Shown: positions 38,707-48,120 of the stretch, in pieces
Numbering within the stretch: position 1 is the first letter of the stretch
Layout: each line of letters begins with the position of its first letter
Assembly: GCA_046153645.1 (NCBI GenBank)
Contig: JBJXGI010000042.1
Location: 64,001-128,000 of the forward strand
Origin: Elusimicrobiota bacterium
GTDB taxonomy: Bacteria > Elusimicrobiota > Elusimicrobia > F11
Reading direction: 5' to 3'
DNA length: 64,000 nucleotides
Notes under the pieces: model-generated
The model's input: only the letters and a program-made list of their open reading frames with translations
The model's database searches: none
Told to the model about the DNA's origin: nothing
Made by a program: the position numbers and the translations under genes

Positions 38707-39267
38707 TTATAACGTTGTCCGCTTCATTGATTCAGCCCTAAAAGTATAAGTAGTATCTTTTGTTAAGGGTATTTTTAATCGAAAAATAATTTCGGCCGAT
38801 TGGCAGTAGGAAGTGCAACCACTAGGCAAACCTTTAAAAATCCCATCACTTAGTGTGGGAGGTAAAAGGAGGTTTGTTAAAAGAAACCGATCACCTCTCC
38901 CTTCACCTGGAAATTCTTCAGTTCTTTTGAGAAAAGTTTTTCCAGCTTCAGCTGTATACTGATAAGTTATTGTTCCGGTTTGAACAGGATCAAATAAACT
39001 AGGGTTCGTAAAATTATATTTTTTAAAATTAAAGGTGTTAAGGATAAGGGTCGTTGAACTGGTATGAACAATGGCACGACAATTTCGAACTTCTCTAACT
39101 ACACCATATAAAACAGTTTGGATTTGTTCTTGAGCTGTAATAAGGGCGCGTTGTCTGGCAAAATCGTTAATGATACGAATACCAATTTCAGTCATGGCAT
39201 AAACAATTCCTAAAACAGCAGCAACCATGGCCATTTCAGCCACTGTGAATCCTTTTTTATTTTTCAC
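38707..39267 (-). CDS. PilW/GspJ-like minor pilin
   Basis: MKNKKG|FTVAEMAM; REVRN; TITY..LKR. Confidence 0.75.
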   Translation of the reverse strand: MKNKKGFTVAEMAMVAAVLGIVYAMTEIGIRIINDFARQRALITAQEQIQTVLYGVVREVRNCRAIVHTSSTTLILNTFNFKKYNFTNPSLFDPVQTGTITYQYTAEAGKTFLKRTEEFPGEGRGDRFLLTNLLLPPTLSDGIFKGLPSGCTSYCQSAEIIFRLKIPLTKDTTYTFRAESMKRTTL

Positions 39268-39275
39268 TTTTATTC

Positions 39276-42218
39276 TTATAATCCCCCACCGCCGCCACCA
39301 CCTCCACCAGATCCTTTTCGGTTCATTAATACTATATCAGTTCGAGACATGGGCAGGCCACTAACTTCGTCATAATTATACCCTTCAAATTCAGGTGTGT
39401 TGACATCATGAAAATCAACATGGGCAATGTAATGTGAAAAATTCCCCCCTTGGTAAGGAAAAAATACTTCATTTGGGAACCCGTAATATCCATTTTCATC
39501 GGTTAAAGATGATGTTTGAACCCAAGATTTTTGACCTTGCGCGTCTTGAACTGTCTTTTTTAACCAAACAATCGCCCCTGCAATAGGAGGGTTGCCGCTT
39601 GTATTTTCTCTGACATATCCATCAATCAAAGTAGCCTTTGCTTCTTTTACTACTTCAATATCAGGACCTGAAAATCCATCGACACCCAAACCACCAGCAT
39701 TTAGATTATAAGAATATAAAGGGCCAGACTGAGGACCAGGAAAATTGAAGAACCAATTTTCATTTACAACTGTGTCGTTTTTAACAGTTAAATAAAACTT
39801 ATCCCAAGTTTCCACTGGATTACTAGGAATGACAACAGTGTAATTATTATGGTGCGTTCGTGGTTGTAATTTTAGAGGAGTAGACCAACCAGAATATTCA
39901 TTATAAGAGCGAACATTATTTGCCCAACTATCAGGACCGTCAAATAGCCCATTTGTGACTCTCACATTCCTGGTAACAACGTCATTAAAATCAACTCGTG
40001 TATAATCAATGACAAGATCATTAATATCAACATCTGCAGAGGGTAAAACAACATGGGGGTAAGCATAAACCCCTCCACCAATATCTCTTCTGACTTTAAC
40101 AATCCCTTTTACCTTTCCATAAAAATCTTTTGAAGTTGGAGTGCCATCTTTAGCCAAATACCTAAATACGGTTTTATCTTGCCCTAGATTGGGAGGTAAC
40201 GGTAGACTCAAATCCCCACTAAAATTATAAGTTTGGCTCACACCGGCTGTGATAACAGTGTCGATTTGTTTCTTATATTTTAAAACCGCTTTGTCACTAT
40301 TACCTCCCGAAAATTCAACATAACCAAAGCCTCTTTCCCAAGGTTTAGCTGCATCAGGAATAAATAGGTCCCACATAGAATGGACAATATGAATATCATA
40401 AGGGTCCAACAAAGAAGGCGTGAACGGATCGTCACCACCCACATTATTTACAATGCGGATTTCGCCACTGAGATTAGAAAGTGAATCTCGATTCAAAAAA
40501 TAAATATCTTTTGTATTCCCAAGAGCGAGTCCACCTGTTTTAACTTTGAGATTAAACCCACCAACGGTTGTTTGAAGATTGGCGCTATTACGTATAGGAA
40601 CAGGCAATTCATAATTATTACCATAATAACTGGCATAATCCGAAATCAATAACATTTTGGCCTCTTCGAAAGTATTGGCAAGGGAATTAAAAGTTATTTC
40701 ATTTATCGAATTTTGTAGCGCTGGTTGAACCAAAATAGGAGTTAACGGAGCTGGAACCGCATAATCGGCTTGAGTTGTGTCAAAAGAAGTTCGTAAAGCA
40801 ACCTCGTTCCATTGTTGCGCGTAATCTATTCCTTTTTCAAGCATTGTGGGGGTAAAATTGTTTATCTGGAAGACTCCATTTATAGCAACCTGTTCAATAA
40901 AATTCCCAATCCCATTCCACTGAGGAATATGGGGACAATATCCCTCAAGATAACAATACCCAAGCATACTCTGCCGCAAATAATATCTTACATTGGAACC
41001 AGTCAGAGTTTGAAAAGCATCGTAATAAATTTTGATTTTGGCGTTTGCATTAATCACTGAACCCACAACTATTTCAGCGGCGTTACCAAGAGTAACTGAA
41101 ACAGGTTTAATGAATCCTTTAATTGAGCCTTTTTTGGGAATATCATAAGTTTCAGTTATTGTCCCTTCTGGAGGTAACGTTACAGTCGGCCCCGTATAAA
41201 CGCCAAAAAAGAGAGAGTCGGTTGTATCCACTCCAGGGTATTCTGTATTACCCAAAAAAACCGGAGCATAATCGCCAGGAGGAAGAGAATCGATTGTGGC
41301 AATCCCATCGACACCGGTATTTACTTTTTTAACAAAGTGTTGGTTCGCCCAAGCATTTCCAAAAATTTCCCTTAATGGATCAGCATACGGCAAAAGGTCC
41401 ATTCCTTGAGTCATGCCATTATTAACCTTTATATTACTAGGATCATCAATGTCGCGTACTTCGATTTTAAGTTTACTCAACAAATACCCTTCAATGGGAG
41501 TATCAAAAAAAGTGGTTTCAGTTTGAGCCGCATGAGTGGGACCCGTTCTCCAACTAGGACCAGAGAGAACGTATTTGTTACCTCCATAATTAAAATAACA
41601 AACGGGAGAACCTGTCACGGTGAAGGGAATGCCCTGAATTTTATCAATAGCAACATCTTCTAAAGTTAATTCTCCATCAGAATTGGTAAAACCATACCGA
41701 GTTAAAGATTGACCACGCATTTCAATTTTTACACCAGCAATCCCTTCTGAGGGAACATTGGCTCGAACGACTTTAAATTTAACATTAGCCCCAGGAGAAT
41801 AAGCTCGAACCTGAGAGATAGAAAAATTCATTTCTTTGGTTCTTTCTTCATTATTTTCTTTCCAAAGAGCTTTTATCTTAACAGTTCTTGTGCGATTATC
41901 AGAACGAACCGGATCTATCCAGGCAAGTACCTTTATATCTCTGTCATATATATCGGGGTCAGGATATTGTTTGCCCGCAGTGCCACTGGCAGTCATGGTA
42001 TCGAACTTATAGGACGCTTCGTATCGTATGAGCTCTGTGACACTTCTTAATTTTGCATTAACTCTTGTTCTATTATTGACGTTCACTCCTCCAATAGAAA
42101 ATGAGCGTTGAACAACCATGGCCGAAGCCAACACAAAAACAAGAATACCCACTCCTACTAAAAGTTCAGCGAGCGTGACACCAGAAAATTTCTTATTTCG
42201 TTTATTAGAGTTCAACAT
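39276..42218 (-). CDS. Giant PilV/GspI-like pilin with prealbumin-like (carboxypeptidase-regulatory-like) beta domains, copy B
   Basis: SG|VTLAELLV; GIAGVKI..TNSDG; PIAGAIV..TDENGYY; poly-Gly C-terminus. Confidence 0.75.
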   Translation of the reverse strand: MLNSNKRNKKFSGVTLAELLVGVGILVFVLASAMVVQRSFSIGGVNVNNRTRVNAKLRSVTELIRYEASYKFDTMTASGTAGKQYPDPDIYDRDIKVLAWIDPVRSDNRTRTVKIKALWKENNEERTKEMNFSISQVRAYSPGANVKFKVVRANVPSEGIAGVKIEMRGQSLTRYGFTNSDGELTLEDVAIDKIQGIPFTVTGSPVCYFNYGGNKYVLSGPSWRTGPTHAAQTETTFFDTPIEGYLLSKLKIEVRDIDDPSNIKVNNGMTQGMDLLPYADPLREIFGNAWANQHFVKKVNTGVDGIATIDSLPPGDYAPVFLGNTEYPGVDTTDSLFFGVYTGPTVTLPPEGTITETYDIPKKGSIKGFIKPVSVTLGNAAEIVVGSVINANAKIKIYYDAFQTLTGSNVRYYLRQSMLGYCYLEGYCPHIPQWNGIGNFIEQVAINGVFQINNFTPTMLEKGIDYAQQWNEVALRTSFDTTQADYAVPAPLTPILVQPALQNSINEITFNSLANTFEEAKMLLISDYASYYGNNYELPVPIRNSANLQTTVGGFNLKVKTGGLALGNTKDIYFLNRDSLSNLSGEIRIVNNVGGDDPFTPSLLDPYDIHIVHSMWDLFIPDAAKPWERGFGYVEFSGGNSDKAVLKYKKQIDTVITAGVSQTYNFSGDLSLPLPPNLGQDKTVFRYLAKDGTPTSKDFYGKVKGIVKVRRDIGGGVYAYPHVVLPSADVDINDLVIDYTRVDFNDVVTRNVRVTNGLFDGPDSWANNVRSYNEYSGWSTPLKLQPRTHHNNYTVVIPSNPVETWDKFYLTVKNDTVVNENWFFNFPGPQSGPLYSYNLNAGGLGVDGFSGPDIEVVKEAKATLIDGYVRENTSGNPPIAGAIVWLKKTVQDAQGQKSWVQTSSLTDENGYYGFPNEVFFPYQGGNFSHYIAHVDFHDVNTPEFEGYNYDEVSGLPMSRTDIVLMNRKGSGGGGGGGGGL

Positions 42219-42274
42219 TTGAGTTCAACCAACCAAGTTATATCTAGAAACAATATAACCCCCAAGAACTCAAA
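42218..42274. repeat. Nested inverted repeat (hairpin) reaching the start codon of 39276-42218
   Basis: tttgagttc (42218-42226) pairs with gaactcaaa (42266-42274); gttatat (42237-42243) pairs with atataac (42253-42259). Confidence 0.55.
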
Positions 42275-42321
42275 ATGTCAGGGTTTTATTTATAGAAAAG
42301 AACTACGAAATATATTGATAA

Positions 42322-45306
42322 TCAAAAATTTCCACCGGGACCACCACCACCACCCCCAGCACCATTTCTAATCATCAAAACCTCAACATTTTCGGAGTAA
42401 GGATAACCACTTGATTCATCGTAATTATAACCTTCACTCCAGGGCCGAAGAACGGCCCCAAAATCAACATTAAAATAACTCATTTGAATGTTATTACCTG
42501 GATAAGGGAAATAAGGAACATTATTAAAAGAATAATATCCGTTCACGTCAGTTGTCGTATTTAATTGTGACTCACCTTGAGTACCATCGGGATTACGAAT
42601 GGTTCTTTTTAAAAAAACAACAACACCTTGAATAGGAGGATAGGGGGTCGAAGCCAAAAGCTCTTTTGTATATCCTTCAACCAAACCTGTTTTGGCTTCT
42701 AAAACCACTTCAAGGGCGGGACCGGAAAAACCGTCAACCCCAGGACCGCCGGCATTTAAACTATATTGATACATCGGGCCGCCAAACCCAGGGAAATTAG
42801 AAATCCAGTTTTGTGCCGGATCCGTATCTCCTGTTACACCTAGATAAAATCGATCCCATTTTAAAACAGGCGTATTAGGGACAATGACGTCTAAGTTCGT
42901 TTCCTCTCCAGGGTTTAATTTGGTCGGAGTTGACCAAGTTTCATACGTGTCATAAGAACGGACATTATTGGGCCAACTATCAGCGGGGTCAAATAATTGA
43001 TCGGTTATTAATACATTCCGAGTCGTGGTATCACCAAAATCAAGTCGGGTATAGGCTATGGTTAATTCATCAATATCTACCTGGCTGGTTGGTAAATTAA
43101 TTTGAGGATATGAAATGATACCACCTGTATTTCTTTTTACTTTCACCTTCGCATCAACCACACCAAAAAAAGATTTGGTGTGATTAGTCGCATCTTGAGC
43201 TGAATACTTGAATACTGTTTTATCTTGTCCAAGATTTGGCGGCAAGGGGAAGGGTAGGCCTCCAGGCATCGCAAAAGTATATGTTTGTTTGTTTGGAATA
43301 CTCACGAGGTCAATATCCGAATCAACCCGAACCGCACTTCGAATAATCGCTTTATTTGGATCACCACCTATAAAATCTACATATCCAAAGCCTCTTTCCC
43401 ATGGTTTTAAAGGATCTGGAATATTACCAGCGAAATTGGGAAACCCAGGGTCGTACCATAATATTGCAACATTGTGCGCATCTCCCGGGTCGGAAAAATT
43501 GGCTGGGGCCCAATGGTTACTTCCTCCAACACCATCTGATATGCGAATTTCGCCTGTCAAATTTGCAAGGGAATCGCGATTTAAAAAATAAATATCTTTG
43601 TTATTACCAGTCACCAATCCACCCAATTTAATTCGAACATCCCAATCAGAAACTGCAGTGGTACCACCACCAGTATCTCTTATAGGAATAGAAATTTGAA
43701 AAGGATTACCAAACCTATCGGTAATGTCTGTTAGTAATATCATTTTCAAATCATCATAGTCAGCTGGAGGAAACGCAGGGCTATTATTAGGAGTTTGATT
43801 TTTATGTTGAACTAAAATAGGGGTAACAGGTGCGGGTATAAAATAATTTGTTGCCCCGCTATCCATTGAAGGTCGAAATGACACTAAGCTCGTCTGATTA
43901 TTATTAGTAGAAAGGTTACTAGGGTTACTGGTTAAAGCGCCTGAACGAACAGCAAAATTTGGAGTAATATTATTAATTAAATAATTTCCGCCATTTAATA
44001 CGATGTCAAACCAATTACCAAAAACATTCCCCAAAGACAAATGTGAGCATTGGTTGTTTCTAAAACAGTCGGCTGCGATCGTTCCAGACATCAATGTTTC
44101 AACATTTAAAGGATCAAAAACTTTATAAAAATCAAAATAAAATCTTAATTTCATAGAAGTTGCTACATTGGCGCCAACACTTACTTGTGGCACTGCGAGA
44201 AGAGCAGCAGACACACTTTTAATATTGCCTCCCATGGCTCCTTTTTTGGGAACTTGGACATTAATCACTTTGGTCTCTTCCACCCCAAGCGTATTTTGAT
44301 GAGCAAAATTTGTATGAGAATCTAAAAGTTCTAATGCGGGATGTTCTGGGGACCCTAAAAAAACCGCTTCATAATCTCCCGGGGGAAGACCTGAAACAAT
44401 GGCCTCTCCATTTGTGAATGGGGCACCAGTTGTCGCATCGCTCGTATAGGGGTGATAAGGAAAAATAATTTTCAATTCATTGGAAACTGTTTTTTCCCGA
44501 ATTCGAATTCTAGCACCATCTACAAGAGTATTCGTTGGGTCATCGGTAACGACAAATTTATATTTTGAAAGAAGGTATCCTTGAATCGGGGTAACGAAAT
44601 GAGTGTCATCTGTTTGCCCAGGAGAAGTAGGCCCTGTTCTCCAAGAAGGACCGGTCAGAAAATACTTATTTGTTCCACCATCATTAAAATAGCAAACCGG
44701 AATACCTGAAACAGTCATACTAGCCCCAAACACAGAATCAGCATAAACATCATCTAATGTGAGAGACCCATCTGCAGCAGTAAAACCCAAACGAATTCCA
44801 TTTTGACCATGAACTTCAATTTTTACATTTTGAATACCTTCAGCGGGATTAACGGCTCGCACCACTTTGAAACGAGCTCTCGCTGCAGGCGCAATGGCTT
44901 TAACAAGACCAATAGAAAAAACCGATGTTTTTGATTTTTCTTGATCACCCTCTTTCCACTTAGCAAGAAGTTCAACTCTTCTTGTTCTATTATTGGAATC
45001 GATGGGGCCAATCCAGGCAAAAACTTTAATATCACGATCATATATATCTGGATTTGGAAGTTGAAGGGCAGTAGGGGTGGCTGTCATAACAGCGAAATCA
45101 TAAGAAGCGCGGTACCTCAATTCTTCACTAACGCTTCTTAACTTTGAATTAACTCGGGTTCGATTATTAACACTGACCCCACCTCTAGAAAAAGATTTCT
45201 CAACAACAAGAGCGGAAGTCAAAATAAAAAGAAGAAGAGCCACTCCCACCAAGATTTCGGGGAGAGTAATTCCGGCATTTTTCTTTAGTCTGGTACAATT
45301 TTTCAT
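42322..45306 (-). CDS. Giant PilV/GspI-like pilin, copy A (full-length paralog of 39276-42218)
   Basis: AG|ITLPEILV; shares many blocks with copy B; poly-Gly C-terminus; SD GAGG. Confidence 0.75.
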   Translation of the reverse strand: MKNCTRLKKNAGITLPEILVGVALLLFILTSALVVEKSFSRGGVSVNNRTRVNSKLRSVSEELRYRASYDFAVMTATPTALQLPNPDIYDRDIKVFAWIGPIDSNNRTRRVELLAKWKEGDQEKSKTSVFSIGLVKAIAPAARARFKVVRAVNPAEGIQNVKIEVHGQNGIRLGFTAADGSLTLDDVYADSVFGASMTVSGIPVCYFNDGGTNKYFLTGPSWRTGPTSPGQTDDTHFVTPIQGYLLSKYKFVVTDDPTNTLVDGARIRIREKTVSNELKIIFPYHPYTSDATTGAPFTNGEAIVSGLPPGDYEAVFLGSPEHPALELLDSHTNFAHQNTLGVEETKVINVQVPKKGAMGGNIKSVSAALLAVPQVSVGANVATSMKLRFYFDFYKVFDPLNVETLMSGTIAADCFRNNQCSHLSLGNVFGNWFDIVLNGGNYLINNITPNFAVRSGALTSNPSNLSTNNNQTSLVSFRPSMDSGATNYFIPAPVTPILVQHKNQTPNNSPAFPPADYDDLKMILLTDITDRFGNPFQISIPIRDTGGGTTAVSDWDVRIKLGGLVTGNNKDIYFLNRDSLANLTGEIRISDGVGGSNHWAPANFSDPGDAHNVAILWYDPGFPNFAGNIPDPLKPWERGFGYVDFIGGDPNKAIIRSAVRVDSDIDLVSIPNKQTYTFAMPGGLPFPLPPNLGQDKTVFKYSAQDATNHTKSFFGVVDAKVKVKRNTGGIISYPQINLPTSQVDIDELTIAYTRLDFGDTTTRNVLITDQLFDPADSWPNNVRSYDTYETWSTPTKLNPGEETNLDVIVPNTPVLKWDRFYLGVTGDTDPAQNWISNFPGFGGPMYQYSLNAGGPGVDGFSGPALEVVLEAKTGLVEGYTKELLASTPYPPIQGVVVFLKRTIRNPDGTQGESQLNTTTDVNGYYSFNNVPYFPYPGNNIQMSYFNVDFGAVLRPWSEGYNYDESSGYPYSENVEVLMIRNGAGGGGGGPGGNF

Positions 45307-45436
45307 AAAAACCTCGAGTCGAAACTCAATTTAATACTGTCATTTTACCTATAACTCAATAAAAAGAAACAAATTTCATCGTCGGAATAGCGATAAAAAT
45401 AGCTGACTATCAACAACTATAAAAAGTTTACAAATA

Positions 45437-45521
45437 CTTAATCGAAAATTAAGACGATTTTCTTGAAAATTAAACTAAGTTTAAGCTATCGCTTGCAGAT
45501 CTGTGTTTCTGGGCATAGGCT
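45437..45521 (+). promoter_or_regulatory. Two TTAA-N7-TTAA pairs followed by a TTGCAG-N17-TAGGCT promoter
   Basis: TTAA at 45438/45449 and 45470/45481; -35 at 45493-45498, -10 at 45516-45521, GTG 7 nt later. Confidence 0.5.
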
Positions 45522-45528
45522 GTATCTT

Positions 45529-46509
45529 GTGAAAATACTAATTGATTTCTCTCCAAAATCACTCATCAGTCCCCTTATTCTAATTGCCATACTCATTATC
45601 ACATCTTATTTTTTACCTTGGATGACATTTGTGACCCTCATTGTTGGAGGTGTGGCCTATTTTTCTTGGGCAAAGCGAAAAAACTTACTTTTATCCGAAC
45701 TTGTAAAGGGATTAAAACAAATCTCAAATGGTCAATTAGACATCTCTATGGATATTCCCAAAGATAAAGAATTTTCTGAAGCAATGACGACATTCAATAA
45801 AATGGTGGAAGGTCTCCAAGAACGAGATCGGATGAGACATTCCTTGGGAAGAATTATGGATCCCAAGATTGCTGAAATCCTTATAAAAGAAAATCCCAAA
45901 GTCGGCGGATTACGCCGCGAAGCTACAATTTTGTTTTGCGATATTAGAAACTATACTTCTTTATGCGAAGAAATGACCGTCGATGAATTACAACTTTTTC
46001 TTAATGACTATTGGACAGGAACAGTTGAAATCATTATGGAAGAAGAAGGAACCATTGATAAGTTTCATGGAGACGGCGTTTGCGTTGTATTTGGGGCCCC
46101 TAACCTTCATGAGGACGACCCCTTGCGTGCTGTAAAAACCGCCTGGAAACTAGTGCAAAATGTGGAAATCTTAAATATCAAAAGGGAGAGTCAGCGCAAA
46201 ACACCTATTAATATTGGCGTAGGAATCCATACGGGAGAGGTCATTGCTGGACATATCGGCTCAGAACGGAGGATGGATTACACGGTTGTGGGAGATGTCG
46301 TCAATGTAGCCGCACGAATTGAAGAACTCAACAAAAAATTTGGTACAAAAATCCTTATTAGCGACAATGTCTATGAGAAAGTAGAACCTTACGTAAAAGT
46401 AAAAACATTAACTTTAGCTCACCTAAGAGGGCACAAACGCCCCATTTTAGTTCATACCGTAAGAGAGCTTCTGCAAGATAAAGACCAACAAATAAAGAAA
46501 GCAGCTTAA
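45529..46509 (+). CDS. Membrane class III adenylate cyclase (2 TM, HAMP, cyclase)
   Basis: ILFCDIRNYT, IDKFHGD, GIHTGEV, DYTVVGDVVNVAARIE; start revised from 45463 to GTG 45529. Confidence 0.9.
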   Translation: MKILIDFSPKSLISPLILIAILIITSYFLPWMTFVTLIVGGVAYFSWAKRKNLLLSELVKGLKQISNGQLDISMDIPKDKEFSEAMTTFNKMVEGLQERDRMRHSLGRIMDPKIAEILIKENPKVGGLRREATILFCDIRNYTSLCEEMTVDELQLFLNDYWTGTVEIIMEEEGTIDKFHGDGVCVVFGAPNLHEDDPLRAVKTAWKLVQNVEILNIKRESQRKTPINIGVGIHTGEVIAGHIGSERRMDYTVVGDVVNVAARIEELNKKFGTKILISDNVYEKVEPYVKVKTLTLAHLRGHKRPILVHTVRELLQDKDQQIKKAA

Positions 46510-47498
46510 AGAAGAGAAGCGGTAATCTGAGCGTTGGTAGGGTACTTATTCAGTAAATCAGAAAGAGCTTGAGCCGCATCAACTTCATTCATACTGGCCA
46601 AAGCAGCACGAAGAGTTCGATTGGCTTTTAATTCTTCAGGAGAAAAAAGGAGTTCTTCTTTTCTAGTTCCAGACTCACGAACATTAATAGCTGGAAAAAT
46701 TCTCCGATCTGAAACATCTCGTGATAAAACCAATTCCATGTTCCCAGTCCCTTTAAATTCTTGAAAAATAACATCGTCCATTCGGCTTCCGGTTTCAACA
46801 AGAATGGTGGCTAAAATTCCAAGGGATCCTGGACCTTCAATGTTCCTGGCTGTACCAAATATTTTTCGCGGAATTAAGAGTCCATTGGCATCAACTCCAC
46901 CTGACATGGTGCGGCCCCCACCACGCATCGCACTATTATGAACTCGCGCTAAACGAGTTAAGGAATCAATAAGAATCATCACATCTTGGCCAGCATTGGC
47001 TTGTTCTACGGCTTGTTTGATCAATTCATTGGCAACACGAATATGATTTTCATACGGTTGATCAGAAGTTGAAAAACGGACTTCGGCAGTAACGCTTCTT
47101 TTAAAATCGGTCACTTCTTCCGGGCGTTCATCAACCAGCAAACAATAAACTTTCAAATTGGGATCGGCTTTAGTAAGAGCCATACAAATGTGTTTTAGAA
47201 AAGTTGTCTTACCAGATTTTGGGGGAGAAACAATCAGACCTCTTTGACCTTTTCCGATGGGACAAATGAGATCCATAGCTCGAACCGTATGCTCAGACAA
47301 ACCTTTTTCTAAAAGAATTCTGGGTGCTGGATCAATGGAAACTTTATCGAAAAATTCTCGCTGAGCAGCACTGGGCTGCTGAAAATTTTGCTGGGGACGT
47401 TGGCCATTATTATTAAATGGGCGTCTAAATTTATTATTGCCTTGCTGAAAAGGGCGTTCACCGAAACGTTTACGGCGCGGCTTATTATTAGAAAACAT
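46506..47498 (-). CDS. rho: Transcription termination factor Rho, short form lacking the N-terminal RNA-binding domain
   Basis: PIGKGQRGLIVSPPKSGKT, DERPEEVTD, DSLTRLAR, EFKGTGNMEL, SGTRKEELL. Confidence 0.92.
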   Translation of the reverse strand: MFSNNKPRRKRFGERPFQQGNNKFRRPFNNNGQRPQQNFQQPSAAQREFFDKVSIDPAPRILLEKGLSEHTVRAMDLICPIGKGQRGLIVSPPKSGKTTFLKHICMALTKADPNLKVYCLLVDERPEEVTDFKRSVTAEVRFSTSDQPYENHIRVANELIKQAVEQANAGQDVMILIDSLTRLARVHNSAMRGGGRTMSGGVDANGLLIPRKIFGTARNIEGPGSLGILATILVETGSRMDDVIFQEFKGTGNMELVLSRDVSDRRIFPAINVRESGTRKEELLFSPEELKANRTLRAALASMNEVDAAQALSDLLNKYPTNAQITASLL

Positions 47499-47514
47499 TA
47501 TGTATTTAAATCCT

Positions 47515-48120
47515 TTAAGGTTGGGGCGTTATTGGTTTTGGTTTTTCTAATTTAGAAGCTTTAATAAGAATAAGGATACCTAAGGTTAGAAAAAATGCAA
47601 AAAAGAGGAAACCAACAATCAATGTCTGCTTTATATTAGCAGCTTCAGCGGAAATAAGCAAAATAGAATGTGTTTTCCCTTCCATGCCACCGGTGTAAAT
47701 AGAGCTTAAATTATATACACCTGCCTCAGGAATGACGAAATTAAATAGGGGGAGCCCTTGGAAACCCAACCGATTAAAGGCTTGACCAGCCGAGTTCATA
47801 ACAACAGAAACCTCTTCATAAGTATCTTTAGACATCAGTCGTACGCTCATTTTAGTTAGCTCATTGATGGGTAAAGGTTCAGATCCTTTGTGTTGATAAA
47901 CACCTGCATAGAGACCAGGTCGCTTTAAATCAAGCTCATAAAATCCAGGTAGATTTAATAATCTCATTTTGTCGCTTCCACCAAAACTTTCCCATAAACT
48001 AAATCCAAGAACAGTCAATGCGACCAAAATGCAAAAAAGACCTCCCCCAATAAAAACCCCAAGTGGGATTGAACTTCGATGAGGAGTACGAGATTTTATT
48101 TCAGTATTCATTTTTACCAT
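47515..48120 (-). CDS. Hypothetical membrane protein (two TMs flanking a beta domain)
   Basis: TAATG coupling with the upstream AKR gene; hydrophobic termini. Confidence 0.65.
   Translation of the reverse strand: MVKMNTEIKSRTPHRSSIPLGVFIGGGLFCILVALTVLGFSLWESFGGSDKMRLLNLPGFYELDLKRPGLYAGVYQHKGSEPLPINELTKMSVRLMSKDTYEEVSVVMNSAGQAFNRLGFQGLPLFNFVIPEAGVYNLSSIYTGGMEGKTHSILLISAEAANIKQTLIVGFLFFAFFLTLGILILIKASKLEKPKPITPQP

Noticed and set aside
39276..45306. DGR or shufflon explanation for the paralogous pilins
   Set aside because: No reverse transcriptase, recombinase or near-identical TR/VR pair; differences are not adenine-specific.
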